From Geosiphon pyriformis uo1 (taxonomy: Eukaryota; Fungi; Glomeromycota): a stretch of DNA of 64,000 nt. Numbering within the stretch: the stretch's first letter is position 1; each line of letters opens with the position of its first letter. Shown in pieces: positions 38,501 through 51,690 of the stretch. Below the pieces are notes generated by a model, which saw only the letters and a program-made list of their open reading frames with translations, made no database searches and was not told the origin of the DNA. Location of the stretch: assembly GCA_016748015.1 (NCBI GenBank), contig JAAOMT010000201.1, forward strand, positions 504,224 through 568,223, given 5' to 3'. Made by a program: the position numbers and the translations under genes.

Positions 38501-41176
38501 TGTTTTTTTAAAAAAAAACCTTCATGTTATCAAAGAATATGTCACTTAATAAATAATTTAAATATAAATCAATTTTTTGTTATTGCAAACCTTTTTTAGG
38601 CACAAAATCTGATCAGACAAACCTAATTATTTTGCTAAAAATATGTTATTATATCTAAGATTGTCCACATATCTATTTATAGGTGTATAAATTTTACCTT
38701 AAGCTTATTTTTAGTAAATACAAAAATAAAGCTAATTCATTCTGATTCATTTCTTTTAGGGCTCTTTGTGTTAATAAAACAAAAATTACCTTTTTCAAAA
38801 TATTTATATTTGATTTGTGATAGAATTTAGCAGCTAATAATCATTCTTAGTAAATTTTAAATACAGTAATTCCATTTATTTCAAGTCAAACATAGCTTTT
38901 CATTTTCCGAAAGAATAACTATGAATAGATTAATATTTACTTTATATGGTTAATCTTTAAAGTAAGAATTACGCTGTCTGTATTAGAATGTGTATCAAAT
39001 TTTTATCTCATAATAAATATTATTTGTTTTTATTAACTGTTTCCTAACATATGTAATTGCAATTTATTTTGATATTATTCAAAATTTTCTAATAACCAGT
39101 CCAAAATAATAAATATGCTTTATTTTATAAAAAAAACTATATTTGATGATCAAACAACTGTGACGAAAAAAATTTTTCTCTAAAATTGACATACATTTTG
39201 TCAAAAGTTTTTAGATTTTAAAAAAAATTGATAAAATTTTATATCTTTAAAAAAAATTTTAAATAGTAAACAATAAAAACGTTCTCTTTGAATGTTAAAG
39301 ATTACCATGATCAAAAAATTTATTATCATAAAATTCTTTTAACTGTTTTTATAAAGCTTATCCGTTTTCAAAAATCCACATTGGAAAACTTCTGGACTTT
39401 TTTTGAGTGAATTTCCTATTGACTTTAATTTGAAATTATTTCGAAAGAATTTTTTGGTTAAAGCAAAGTCTTAAACCAAACGTAAAAAAACATTATTTTT
39501 ATTAATTTCATACTATTAACATTGCAGATATTTCTGGTTTCAATTACTTGTTATCAACTTACTATTAAAATACTTCTGGTTTTGTTTTTGCAAAGCAACA
39601 AAAATATTTACTCAAAAATATTAATTTAAATATTTAATAAGTTTTGAAAAAACATTAATAGCTATTTGCGTCCTTTTTTTTGAAACAAACTATTCAGATT
39701 ATATAATCTTTTATATATTTATATGAATATGTTTAATAAAAAGTTGATTAAACTTTACTGCGATTAAAAATATCAAATATTAAAATTTTTGTGTTTCAAT
39801 TTAATAAAACTTTTAAATATATTTACTTATAATTTTTTGATGGGATTACAAATAAAAATATGCTTTTTAAATAAATTTGATATTACATTATGTGTTAATT
39901 AAACATCATATGATTTGCGCCCATTTGAATAGCCGCCTTTAGTTACTTGAATTCTTCCTTCCTTGTTTTCCAAATTAATCAATAGATCTTGTTTCAGTAA
40001 ACTCCTATCTAAACTTTATTAATGCGAAATGAAACAACTGCAAATTTTGAGGTTAAAGGCATAATTATTTAATGCTTCACCTTCAAATAGTTCGCGTGTG
40101 TGCAAATTCAGATTTACTTAAGGAAGTCATTTTTTAAAGTATATAGTCAAGAAACTTTTAGATAAAAATCTTTGAATACATGGCTCTAGTCAACGGAAAC
40201 ATTTATTTTTTTATCTTCCGTTGCAATGATCGATATGGTTTATTAATAACCCGAAAAGTCGTGTACTTCCATCTATAGCAAGATCAGTTATTAACCATAA
40301 CAAGAAATCAGATAAATCACTTGCCTATTAAGGACTGTCAAAAGTTTCAAATTGACTAAAATGGTGTAGTTGGCTATGCTCCAAAAAGAGTCGAGAAATG
40401 CAGATTATCAAGTTGCCTTCTTGTTTATTAAAATTATCAAGAAGTTTCAGTGTAATGCAAATTTTTGAATCTATGAAAACCAGAAAGTTGATGGATACTG
40501 CAGAAACTACAAAGTTTTATGGTCAACACAATGGAAAAATCAAATTTCTGATTAATGAAATTTTTAAAAAAAAAATTTTCAATCTTTAAAACGATTCTAA
40601 AATTTTAATTTCAAGGATTGTTTATTGGTTTTTTAATTTAGTATTTAAATTATTATGAGTCTTCCTTTAATCTCAGAATAGAAATTGTTTTATGAAACCA
40701 AAAATTCCAAAGATTGATATCGCAGAAGACTATAGTTTTGAAAATAGGGGATGAAACTGTTGATCAGCAAATCACGCATGCGTCATGTATCCTGTATGCT
40801 TAAAACTATTCACCATTATTAAAACCTCCTGAGTTGCAAATTTAGGGGTACAAGTTTTGCATGACTGATTTCGGCCATAGGCGCGTATCAACGCTATAAG
40901 AGGCTACGTCACGAAAAAGGTCAATTTTACGTCTTGATTAATAAGGAAATCGGCAATCAAGCCACAGGGTTAATTTCTTATATAAAAACGAAGTCTTTTC
41001 TCTGTGAATAGACATTATAATCGATTGATTCGATCAAGTTAATCCCTTAATCGTTTGTACAGTATATAGAAATATTTCACTTCAATAAAATAAAGCATTT
41101 AGAAACGAAATTTGTTGATTGAGTCGGCAATTTCAATATATTTCTGATTTTTTCAATTCAATATTACTTCCTCAAA

Positions 41177-42124
41177 ATGACACAAAAACTCATTTATATC
41201 CTTTCAGCAACGATTATTTGTCTTGCTCTCGTTTCCTCTCATCCAATATACCTCTCGTCATCTGATTCATCGTTTCTTCGAAGAGGATTAAGTAGCACTT
41301 ATCAAAATAGTCTCAATTCTAATGAATCCTATGATATTGGTAAAGAAAAGACCAAGGGTAAATCCCCCGAAAAAGCCCCCACTGCTCCCGTTAAAACTGA
41401 TCCTTCTAAACCGCTTCCAGATGTGAGCACGATTGTCCCTGAAACGAAAAATACTAGCCTTGACGATAAATCAAACGGAAAGCAGAACGGAATTGGAAAC
41501 GTTGGCCAACATAATGGTGAAAATAATGGAATTGGGAACAATCCAGAAGTTCCATTGGTAAAAAGTGATCCATCAGTAACTATTTCTGGATCTCAACCTC
41601 AACCATCAGCTTCTTCATTGAATCCTAATTCTGAACCTCAACCACCAGTTAAAACAAAAAAATCGCCAGCTAAAAAGCCATTCAAAAAATCATCTAAAAA
41701 ATCACATAATAAAAAACCAAAAAAGTCAGGAAATTCTAAATCAAAAAATTCGAAACCAAATTCATCAAATCCAATCAAAGAAAAGAACCCAATAAGTGAT
41801 CCCACTCCAAATAAAAATGGAATCGCTGGAAATGAAAACGAAAATGTGCCTATTACTCCTGAGACATCGACGGACGGAAGCGCATCTGCTACAGGCAAGC
41901 CATCTGCAAATGGAACTAAACCTATTACCCCTGATACATCTGCTAAAGGAAATGAAACTATCCCTGATAAATCTGCGGACGGAAATATACCCATTATTCC
42001 TGAGCCACCTGCAAATGGAAAAAAGAGTAAAAATGGCCAAAACAACGGCAAAGGGAATAAAGGTTTGCATAATGGAGAAAATAATGGAAAGGGAAATTAT
42101 GAGCCAAGCAGTATTTTTCATTAA
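41177..42124 (+). CDS. Secreted low-complexity protein (315 aa) with NGxxNGxGNxG repeats, Lys-rich patch and PITP repeats
   Basis: Single long ORF with higher GC than flanks, clear signal peptide (MTQKLIYILSATIICLALVSS), RR dibasic site, TATA-like tatataaaa at ~40979. Confidence 0.85.
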   Translation: MTQKLIYILSATIICLALVSSHPIYLSSSDSSFLRRGLSSTYQNSLNSNESYDIGKEKTKGKSPEKAPTAPVKTDPSKPLPDVSTIVPETKNTSLDDKSNGKQNGIGNVGQHNGENNGIGNNPEVPLVKSDPSVTISGSQPQPSASSLNPNSEPQPPVKTKKSPAKKPFKKSSKKSHNKKPKKSGNSKSKNSKPNSSNPIKEKNPISDPTPNKNGIAGNENENVPITPETSTDGSASATGKPSANGTKPITPDTSAKGNETIPDKSADGNIPIIPEPPANGKKSKNGQNNGKGNKGLHNGENNGKGNYEPSSIFH

Positions 42125-43767
42125 ATTATTTGGTACACAGCTGAATATTTCTTTGATTTAGTTGTAATTAAATAAAAATAACTACTGGGATAAATTATCA
42201 AAGTTTGATAGTTTGAGATACCCTAATAAAAAGAATAATGCTCACCAAAAATATTACTCCTATATGTAAAATATTCAAATTTTAGTATCCAGTGAAAAAT
42301 AAAAAGCTTTCGCTTCCAATTTTTTAATTTTTTAAACCAAGATTACTTTTAATATTTTTTACTGCTACTAAAAATTTTACGTCACATCACGTACCTTAAT
42401 ATTCAATTATCAGCTTGATTATGCTGAGCCTAGCTAATTTTTTGAGTTTTTCAGCTTCACATTTCTTTTTAACGTGAGTTGAAGGTTTTAAATGTCAAAA
42501 AAAATTTTGCAAATGTTTTTGGATGAACTAAAAAATGGAATTTCGAAGAATTTGGGAGAAATGGTTGTTAAAAAAAAATTGGCATTAATAAAAACCCTAC
42601 GTAATCTATTCTAAGAATTTTCTCAAATGAATTTAATAAATTCATCAAATTTATGATTCATATAATTTTGAAACCAAATTTTTTGAACCCACTAATTTTT
42701 TATAGTGAGTTTTAGTTTAAAGTTCGAAAATATAAAATTTGGAAAGTTTACAAGGGGATTACTCTCAAAGCAATTGATGATGATGGCATTACAAATAAAT
42801 TTTTTAAAATTTTCTACTTAATATTATAATTAAAGAAATTCAAATAACAAATTGGTATCATTATAACTTTATAAGTCATTGCTTTGAGATATCTTTTGAC
42901 TCTATGAATAACGTTATATATTTGCTGAAGCAGTTCCAAAATTAAGTAATTAAATAACTTTGGACTTTAAATATTAACAAAAAATCTTAGTTAATATTTA
43001 TTAAAATTGAAATGATTTATTATAAAGTATTTTTTCATTATGTTTAATATGCTTTTTAGACTGATAGAGAAATAAAAAGAAAATTTAAATCCATAACTTA
43101 AATTTTTAAGTTTAAATGCTTTTGAATTAAGTTTAATATTGATTATTGATTTTAAAAAGAAGAAATGTGAATTAGAACACAAACATTAATAACAAGGGCA
43201 AAATTAAATGGCATACGAGAATTAGTTTTTCACATATTTTGGGTCAAAAAGAAATATATTGTGATTATATTTTTCAACATTCTCATCACGTCAACTTTGA
43301 AACTGATTAAGTTTTAATAAGAATATTTTTCACTGTCTGGAGTTTTTTAACTATTTTTTAAAAAAAACAAATTATTAAAGTTATTATTTATTTTAGTTAC
43401 ATTATTATCATTTTAAATCATGTTATTCTTATTTTAATTACATTACTATTTTTCTAATTATTATTATTATTTTTTAGTTAATTAATTTTTTAATTTATAT
43501 TTTTATTTACACACATAGCATAATTTATTATTAATTAGCTATATAATTTCTTTTTCTATCAATAAATTTTTAGTTTGATTAACTTCAGTTATTACATTTA
43601 TTCTTATATCTTTTTGATCTTGTTTATTTTTTTTCTGGTTAAAACTCTGTTAAATTGTTTTAATAAAATTTTCACATTGTAGCATATATTAATTTAATTA
43701 ATTAATTTATTTATTAATTTATTAACTAATTGACTTAAATATATTGTATAAATTATTATTTTAATTG

Positions 43768-43947
43768 AGTGAGGCCCAATCACCACATAATACAATACAA
43801 CAGCTAAGTGTTCTAAACTAGACGTAACTTACACACTTTCTAGATGTGACCAACCACTCGGTGTCTTCTTAACCATGACATCAACGTCCAAACCGGAAAA
43901 AACCGAACATAACTTACGTGAACCAAATAAAATGCCACCATCTAAAA
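43768..43947 (-). mobile_element. Short 3' end of a related LINE-like element
   Basis: Shares the 3' UTR with 37620-37715 (cccaa..ca..tacaatacaaca...tagacgt...caccactcgg-like) and a related C-terminal peptide (ILFGSRKLCSVFSGL). Confidence 0.6.
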
Positions 43948-45711
43948 TTTTTTATTTAATAATAACAAAATTATTACAAATTTTTTTATAACCTTTTTAT
44001 AACAATTTTATTAAAGCAATGTTTGTTTGGTGTATTAATTTAATTAAAAATATAAATTATGAATGTGATAACATCTTCCGCTCCATCGTGTGAACTGTAT
44101 TATAAATAAAATCAAAAATTATTTTTATCTATTCTATTACTTATTGCAATGTAACTAACTACAAAATAAAATTGAAGTTAATTATTTTATCTTGATTAAA
44201 TAACCTAACTTTTTTTTCGAACTCGTTTGGGATATGTATAAAATGAAATTAGCGATAAAATAATTTGTATTAAAAAACTTTTGTTTATAGCTCTAAAATA
44301 AGTTTTAGATTTGTTTTTTAAAGGCGAGATAAGTTTTAAATCTACTTTTGTTTTTTCTTTTAGAACTCATCCATTAATAATTTTAACTTCCAACCATTCT
44401 TTTTAGTTCTTCATCTTTTTTCTTTCAAATTTAAGTCTTGTCCTGGCACTGAAAACTAATACTGGGTCAAGATCTTATTTTCTGAATCTATTTTAAAGAT
44501 AAACGTACTCAATTTTTATTTCTAAAATTTTTATTATTTTTCATTAATCTTTAAAATTCCTTCGGTCAATAACAACATCAACATCTATAAAAAATTAAAA
44601 AAGACTTTGTCAATACGATATCAGAAAAGGTTCGTTCTTGAAATTTTTTCCTTTGAAAATGAACATATTTAAACACTAATTCTTTTTACCCTCATTACGA
44701 AAAAAATCCCTGCTTCTTATAATATTACAAATATTGAAATATTTAGATTTTTCGTAGGCTAAAATATTAATTGGAATTAAAGGCATTAACTAGAATAACA
44801 TCAATGCTCAAATTATAATCAATTTTTCTCGTGACACATTATATAATTTCTCAATCAACTTATTAATAATAAATTCCATAATACACGTGTTATATCCTTA
44901 CCTTGCCAATAATTGTTCAATCTCAAAATCAATCTACTCCAGTGACTGATAGCAATTAAGGCAATTATAATTAAATCATACATTTATAGTTTTGGGATAT
45001 ATGTAGAAAAAATAGGGAATATGTAAACGAATCAAAAAATATTAGTCGCTTTAGGTTAAAGTGTGAAAAGCATTTTATAATGAGATGGTCCAATATTTTC
45101 TTAAACAAAAGCTAAATTTTTGAGACTTTGCTATATCGTAATCAAATGTAATAAATTAATTTAGAAAAAAGTATATTATTCATATCCTAAAACCGATTGT
45201 TTAAATTTTATGGATTCAAGATCAAGAGAAATTTCTGTTAAAAACTTTTATATATAGTTAAAAGAGCACAACCCAAAGTTTTTGCACCTGAAATTTTTGG
45301 GAGCAGTAAGTAGATTATCACAATTCTCTTTAATCATACAGCCTATAATTATAGCAATTGAAGAAATTAAAATGTGCTGGAAAATTTAAAGAGGAAGCTT
45401 TTTCAAATACGAATTCTTGAATAGAAATTTTTCTATTTATAGTTTCTAATAAAAATTTCTTTTTTTGAATATTTTGTCAATATATAATTAAATTTAAATT
45501 TTTAAATGTATTATATTTCAGGTATAATCTTAAAATAATTAACTTTAAATATAGCTGTTACATTAATTCAACAAATTTCTATTTTTAGCAATTTTGGGTA
45601 TCAAATTTAAATTCCAATAAAAAACACTAATTAAATAATTAAGTTTATTTATTTGACTTTTGTTTAATTAAATTCAAATAACAAGAGTTTTATTATAAAA
45701 TTATTCAAAAT

Positions 45712-45970
45712 TAGTGATTAAAACAAGTCGGGTTGGGGTCGGATAATTTTTTTCAAATTGCTAACCCAACCCGACCCGACCTGTAGCCGGATTAATTTAC
45801 TCTAGTCAGGTACAATTATATTCTCAAAGTCAGGTCGGATCGGGTTGAAATCGGGCCGGGTCAAATTCCAAAACCCTATCTGACCCGACCCGAAATTAAC
45901 GGGTCAAAGATTATATAATTCAACTCATATTTTCGGGTCGGGTTCAAATTCAGGTTTGACCCGGCATCAG
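45712..45970. mobile_element. MITE/hAT-like non-autonomous element with ACCCG/CGGGT subterminal repeats
   Basis: GC-rich island of repeated acccgacccg / cgggtcgggt in both orientations; starts TAGTGAT; 3' TIR not clearly intact. Confidence 0.5.
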
Positions 45971-47647
45971 AAATAAATGTTCTGATGGAACTGAAGTTCC
46001 TGGAATAGTTTATAACCGCCATGTTTATCATGTCATTAATAAGATAGTACAATGATTATGACACCAAAAGATTAATAGATTGTGATTTTTATAAAATAAT
46101 CAGAAAGATCATATTTTGCCATTTTAGACATGCCAAAATAAATTTGAGTTCAGTTTTAACAGGACAACTCAGGAAGATGTTTTTCAAATAGTAAATTTAA
46201 TAATGAAAAAGGTGGATTACTTCAAAAAGAATAAACTTTTGAATATATGTTTACCAAAAATTTTTTATTTGATATCATATTCATTTTTTGTTAATTCAAA
46301 TTTTCCAGACTTGAGACTCAAAGTTTTAGATGTTGGATCTGAAATATTCTTCTAATTTTGGTTTGTTTTAATGTTTTCAACAATTTGATAGGCAATTTTT
46401 TTTAAAATCAGTGTTCTTATTAGACTTTAAACAATGGTAACATTATTGAAAGAATAGAATAATAATTTCCACTTATTATAATTGTAATATGTACAAAAAA
46501 ACCCAAAAGATTGATTAAATTCTTGAATTTCTATTTTTTTAATATCATTTATAATTTTTTTTTTCATTTGTTGGATTTTTTTTAGAATGTTTTTATAGTT
46601 TCATAAAGATTAAGCAGCCAACTTGATAATAAGTAAGTTAATTACTATATCAAATTTTCGATATTCGATTTAATAAAATTATATTTTTATCTTAAAGTAA
46701 CATATTTTTGGTTTTAGTTGTCAGAATTGTGTAAATTTCTAAGATATCAAAATTTCTTATTGCTTTTATTGTCTATTAGATCTGCTAAATATTAATCGTT
46801 TAATTTTTATTTATCAAGTTCTTTTAGCCAAAAAATCTACAATGTGTTTAAATGAATGTGTAAGATTCAAGGATGTCCAAACGTTTATCTTTATTTTTTT
46901 AGTTTAAATATCACTTTAACATAACAATTGTAAACAAAAAATTCGTAATATTGTCACAGAGAATTTCGGTATTGAAAGTACTGCATGGAAAACAAAGTTT
47001 GTTCCATATAGACACAAAGACTCAGAAAAAGATATTTATAAAAATCAAATTTTAAAGATCTTAATATAAGGTTGAAGTGAAAGGCAAATCTGGTAATTCT
47101 CAAAATAGTAAAAAATTAGATTTTTACTGATTAATAAAAATTGTTCAAATTTTTATTATTTTATAGAAAAAAAACCAGAAATAATATTTAAAAGCAAAAA
47201 ATGATTACATTGAGAAAAACTATGCAGTTTTTAAGTTTTTACCAGCTAAAGATTTTTCAAAATTTAGAAAATTTTATTTCAATTATAAATTAGATGCCTT
47301 TATTATATATTTAATCCTAAAATGTTCCCTTTCAAAAAAATTAAAAATTCTAATTGTTTCTGGTTAAACCAACAATAACTTCAAATCCAAACGACTAAAA
47401 CCCTTTCAGAAATAAAAAAAAATGTAAACTATTATGCGAGAAAATTTTGACTATCACATTCTGAAACCTTTTTAACCTATGCAACGTAAATGTGGTATCT
47501 CAACACATTACTTTTTACATTATATAACTTTTGCATTAAAAAATAAAGATATCCACTCAAAATATATGTATATTCACCGGTGTCAATGACAAAAATTAAT
47601 GGATGGATTTGTAGATGGACGCTTCTCAGTGTGAATCTTATCGCCTT

Positions 47648-48097
47648 TTATTCTGCGCCATGATTAAATCCCTCAGTTTGATTAGTATCTGTACTTGGAT
47701 TAGTATTGGCCGAATTGGGAATTGCTAGAGCAGATTGATTTTGAGGGCGAACAATTATTGCGGAATTTGTGGCAACGGGATTGATAGGTAAGGCTGTAAT
47801 CTGTGTATTATGAAATGTAATATCGACAACTTGAAAAGCTCCATCATTAAAAACAGAAGACGTGTCAATTGATGAATTATTGCGAATGTTAACATTTTCT
47901 TCAGGAAATTGCCGCAATTCTTCCATATGTGAAGTTGATTCAGAAGGGATATAATGAGCAAAGAGGAAAGATAAAGGTTGATTATTGTTCACAAGAATGT
48001 GATTGTTTTGAGCGTTAACCCCATTCTGGTTAATGCTGCCGTTAATTCCAAAATTAGGGACAGCAGATAGGTTTGCGTTCGCTGATAAGTTATTCAT
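47648..48097 (-). CDS. Hypothetical Asn-rich low-complexity protein (149 aa)
   Basis: Single ATG-TAA ORF with elevated GC relative to flanks and TATAAA 110 bp upstream; no recognisable domain. Confidence 0.55.
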   Translation of the reverse strand: MNNLSANANLSAVPNFGINGSINQNGVNAQNNHILVNNNQPLSFLFAHYIPSESTSHMEELRQFPEENVNIRNNSSIDTSSVFNDGAFQVVDITFHNTQITALPINPVATNSAIIVRPQNQSALAIPNSANTNPSTDTNQTEGFNHGAE

Positions 48098-48206
48098 GAA
48101 GGGTAATCTATTTTACTATTTTTTAACGTGTATGAAAACTAAGATTTCTATGGACTTGAGACTTTTTTGATGAAAAACTGCATTTTTGGAAAAAAATACA
48201 ATTGAA

Positions 48207-48267
48207 TTTATAGCGAATCTCACTAATGCGCCCCCGCTCCCTTTCCCCGCTCCCTTTCCCCGCTCCC
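48207..48267 (-). promoter_or_regulatory. TATA box plus 13-bp G-rich tandem repeat (putative G-quadruplex)
   Basis: Minus strand GGGAGCGGGGAAAGGGAGCGGGGAAAGGGAGCGGGGG (48267-48231), then TATAAA (48212-48207). Confidence 0.5.
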
Positions 48268-48729
48268 GATCGACACAATCCATTTTAGGCAAGATAAATT
48301 GAGTCAATAAAACTTATTTAATCTTTTATTATGTTTGTACAATGTTTTTGTAATTAAATCTTGACATGTTTTTTAAAAATTATAATTTCAAGAGATAGAT
48401 GATGACAAATAAATATCGTTTGTTTTGGCAATTAATTTCAGTGATATTTCGGATTTTATTCCAAGAGTGATCTACTCCAAAATAAGGTAAACCATTGAAC
48501 AGTCTATTTGTCATAGGCTATCTAATGATTGAAAAAGGTGATTGTTCCAAATTCCCATTGAATGGTTTTGGAGGTTTGTAAAACATAAAATTAAAATATC
48601 GCAACATGATCATAATTGGTAATTTTCATCAGCCAAAAAATTAAATTAGATCAACAAGAACCAATCAATATTCTGAATCATCGTTCTTTATTTCATCATC
48701 ATCATCATCATCATCATTATAATATTTGT

Positions 48730-49080
48730 GAATTGTGTTCCCCACTTGTTTTGTTAATCAAGAATTCAGTTCGTGGCTTTCGGTTTTGGTGAATTCAGTT
48801 TTTAACTTCACTCTACATATTTTCTATTGGATTAAGATCTTGAGATTGTGGAGGTCATTCCAAGATTATTTTCGAGTTCTTTCATAAGCTTGTACTTATG
48901 GATTGGAGTGAAATATTGCTTTTTCATTAGTCATAATTATTGAATGAACTACATCTAATCTGAGGCTTCCACATGCTTCACCAGTCATATGTGAACTCAC
49001 TTTTATGACAGGATACGCGAGAATTTCCATAAGAATCATTTCTTATCTAAGGTTCGTCTGTCCAAAGATAAATCTGATAA
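48730..49080 (-). mobile_element. Tc1/mariner (DDE_3) transposase relic
   Basis: Minus strand E*PPQSQDLNPIENM*SEVKN = canonical WPxxSPDLNPIENxW motif with both Trp codons mutated to stops. Confidence 0.8.
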
Positions 49081-51139
49081 ATTTGATAATTTATCTATAG
49101 TATCATCATCAAAAAAAAAAGTATTCACTAACATAGAAAAAGGGAAAAATTTTGTCTTTGTCCAAACTGCACAGATTAGACTGGATTTGATAAAAATTCA
49201 AAAATTGTGCAGTAAAATTCATAATATTAAAAAAAGTAAAAGTTTTTTGTTTGCACTCTAAAATAATTAATTTATATATTTTTATTATCACATAATTGTA
49301 AATAAGTTGTTACATTTGGGAAAGTAATGAAAAGTAATATTTGTAGTTTTTCAAATATATGAGATATAACATTATTTAAAAGTAATAAAATATTTGTAGA
49401 ATTTTGTATTTGAATATTAAATACTTATTGTCATGAGTATGTGAAATATTACAAAAATTTCTAAATTATTCGGGAATATTCTAGATGTTTGTAAAATAAT
49501 TTGCAAGAGATCGATGATATCTAGATATAAAAAGAGAGACTGAATTTAATCCCAGCTTTTCAAAGCAAATCAACTCCAGTTACGGAAATAGCAATTAGAT
49601 TAGTCTTGTTTGATTATTTACCTAGTTTACCTTACCTGCTTCTTTTTGTCTTATTCCACTTTAAAATCTATAACCAAAACAAAAAAAATATAATTGTATT
49701 TATGCTCTATTATTTTTTATAATAGAGCTTTGTGTTAGTAATAACATATTTTAAAAAAGTTTGAAATTTTAATAAAATAAATAATATTTAAAGATACACT
49801 TTTTTCTTTTTCACATTTAATAATTTCTCTAATATTATAATGCTTTCTGAAACAAGTTAAATATTGTTGCTTTTTGAAAACAATTAATCTTTATTAATGC
49901 ACAAAATTTCTAGTTTTTTTTGAAATAAGATATATCCAGATATTGAAAAGTTTATATTATTTTTTTTATCAAATCATAATTTTTTTAACTTTTCAACAAA
50001 TAAACTTGACATGTGTTTAAGTTTTTTAAATTTTCAAACATTGTAATGTTAAAAAAAATTGAGAAAGGGAAGATTCTAGTAAATAATCTTTTTTTTTATT
50101 GAAATTTTATTTATTTATTTATAAAAAAATACATTTAAATTTAAAAACTATTATTTTAATTTTAAATTTTAATTCATTTTATTTTTCATAAATTATTTTT
50201 TTTACATTCAAAACTCTTGTAAATTTTAAGATTGATAGTTCAAAATTGGGGGGGGGTTTTTTTGATTATCGCTTCAAAATATAAATATATAATTTTTTGA
50301 AAAAAATGCAGTTCCTTTAAGTTATAACCAAAAATTTAGAATGCCAATTTTTTATGTAAGATACTTGGACTTTTAAAAAAAATTTCAAGCAAATTTTTTT
50401 AATATAATTATATTATCAATATAAAAATGTTATATTCAATAAGAAATAATTTTTTTACCCATTTTTCAAAGTCTATTAAAACTAAAAAGACCACTATAAA
50501 TGATTTTTAACCAAATTATAATTATTTTTTAAGTTATAATCAATGAAAAAGTTTCGAAATTACAAAAATAGTATATCCCATTCTAGACAACAAATTATTA
50601 TTTTACATTGATGAATAAATTTTAGAGTTTTAAAACCCAATAAAATTTTTAAAGTGCAAAGAAGCAAAGGACACAAAATGAGCAAATTCAAAAGGAAATA
50701 TTTTAAACACTTGATCTTCTTCGAAACAAAATTTCCATCAGGGAATTCATTTGACAAAAAGTTATTATCTTTTTAAATTGTTTAAACTATTTAAAGTATG
50801 ATCTGTAAAAGAAGGGTCAAGCCAAGATGGTTCTTGTATTTTTGCGTGATAAATCACATTTCATTTTATGATTAAAATTACCGGAATCAGAAAGGCATTA
50901 AAAGTTCATTTTTATTTTGCTTAATTAAGTTTCTCATTTGTATAATTTGTTTCAGAATTAATATATGCATTATGAGCATTGTAGATTCTTTGGTATAAAC
51001 AACAGGTTGATTGAGAAATCAGGTTTAATAAATAATGCGTACTGGACAAAAGAAATAGGTGATCACAGAAAATCCTGATTATCCTGTGGCTCATAATCCC
51101 GATTGCTCGAAAATTCTTCAAAAAGAGAGTGATCACGAG

Positions 51140-51690
51140 ACAACTAGAGGGAAATATTCAAAATTGACACCCGTTTTTGGCATATGATAATTATCAACAA
51201 TTTCCAGGCTATCTGATCCGAAATCAATCAATAATTGACAGTTAACATATGGATTTCCCTTTGGAAACTTCCTATACGACAGCTCTCACCAATGCTCGCT
51301 CAAAAGAGATTATAGAAGTATTTAGGAGTCAACAGAACAGGGCGATTGGTGAAAATGTGAATGCTAACTTGTTCCCCTTCCCCCCCCCCCACTGTTAACC
51401 TTCAAGAGAATTTAGGATTATTCATATCTGGATCTGTTTAAAACGAAGTTGATCACTATACACAGCTGGAAGGAAATATTGAGAAGACATACTCATTTTT
51501 GGCATATGAAAAAAATGATAATCATCCGAACCAAAATCAATCAATGGGTTCCCTGTTAGAAACTTCGTATTCGTGAAGAGAAAGTTTGGATAGTAACTTG
51601 GTTCCCTCCAATTTTAATCTTCCAGATAATTCTATATTACTCATATCTGGGTCTGTTCAAAACGATACACAGTTGAAGGGAAATATTGAC
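51140..51690 (+). repeat. Degenerate tandem repeat (~200-320 bp units), probably from a decayed coding sequence
   Basis: Three copies of acaYtRRaRggaaatatt (QLEGNI/QLKGNI) at ~51140, 51463 and 51669, with repeated blocks tttttggcatatga...aaatcaatcaat...gaaacttc and catatctgg.tctgtt.aaaacga. Confidence 0.6.

Noticed and set aside
40160-40590. Short ORF and coding-like fragments
   Set aside because: Frameshifted and not assignable to a family.
41329-42161. Antisense and alternative-frame ORFs over the secreted protein
   Set aside because: Shadows of a low-complexity coding sequence; no independent signals.
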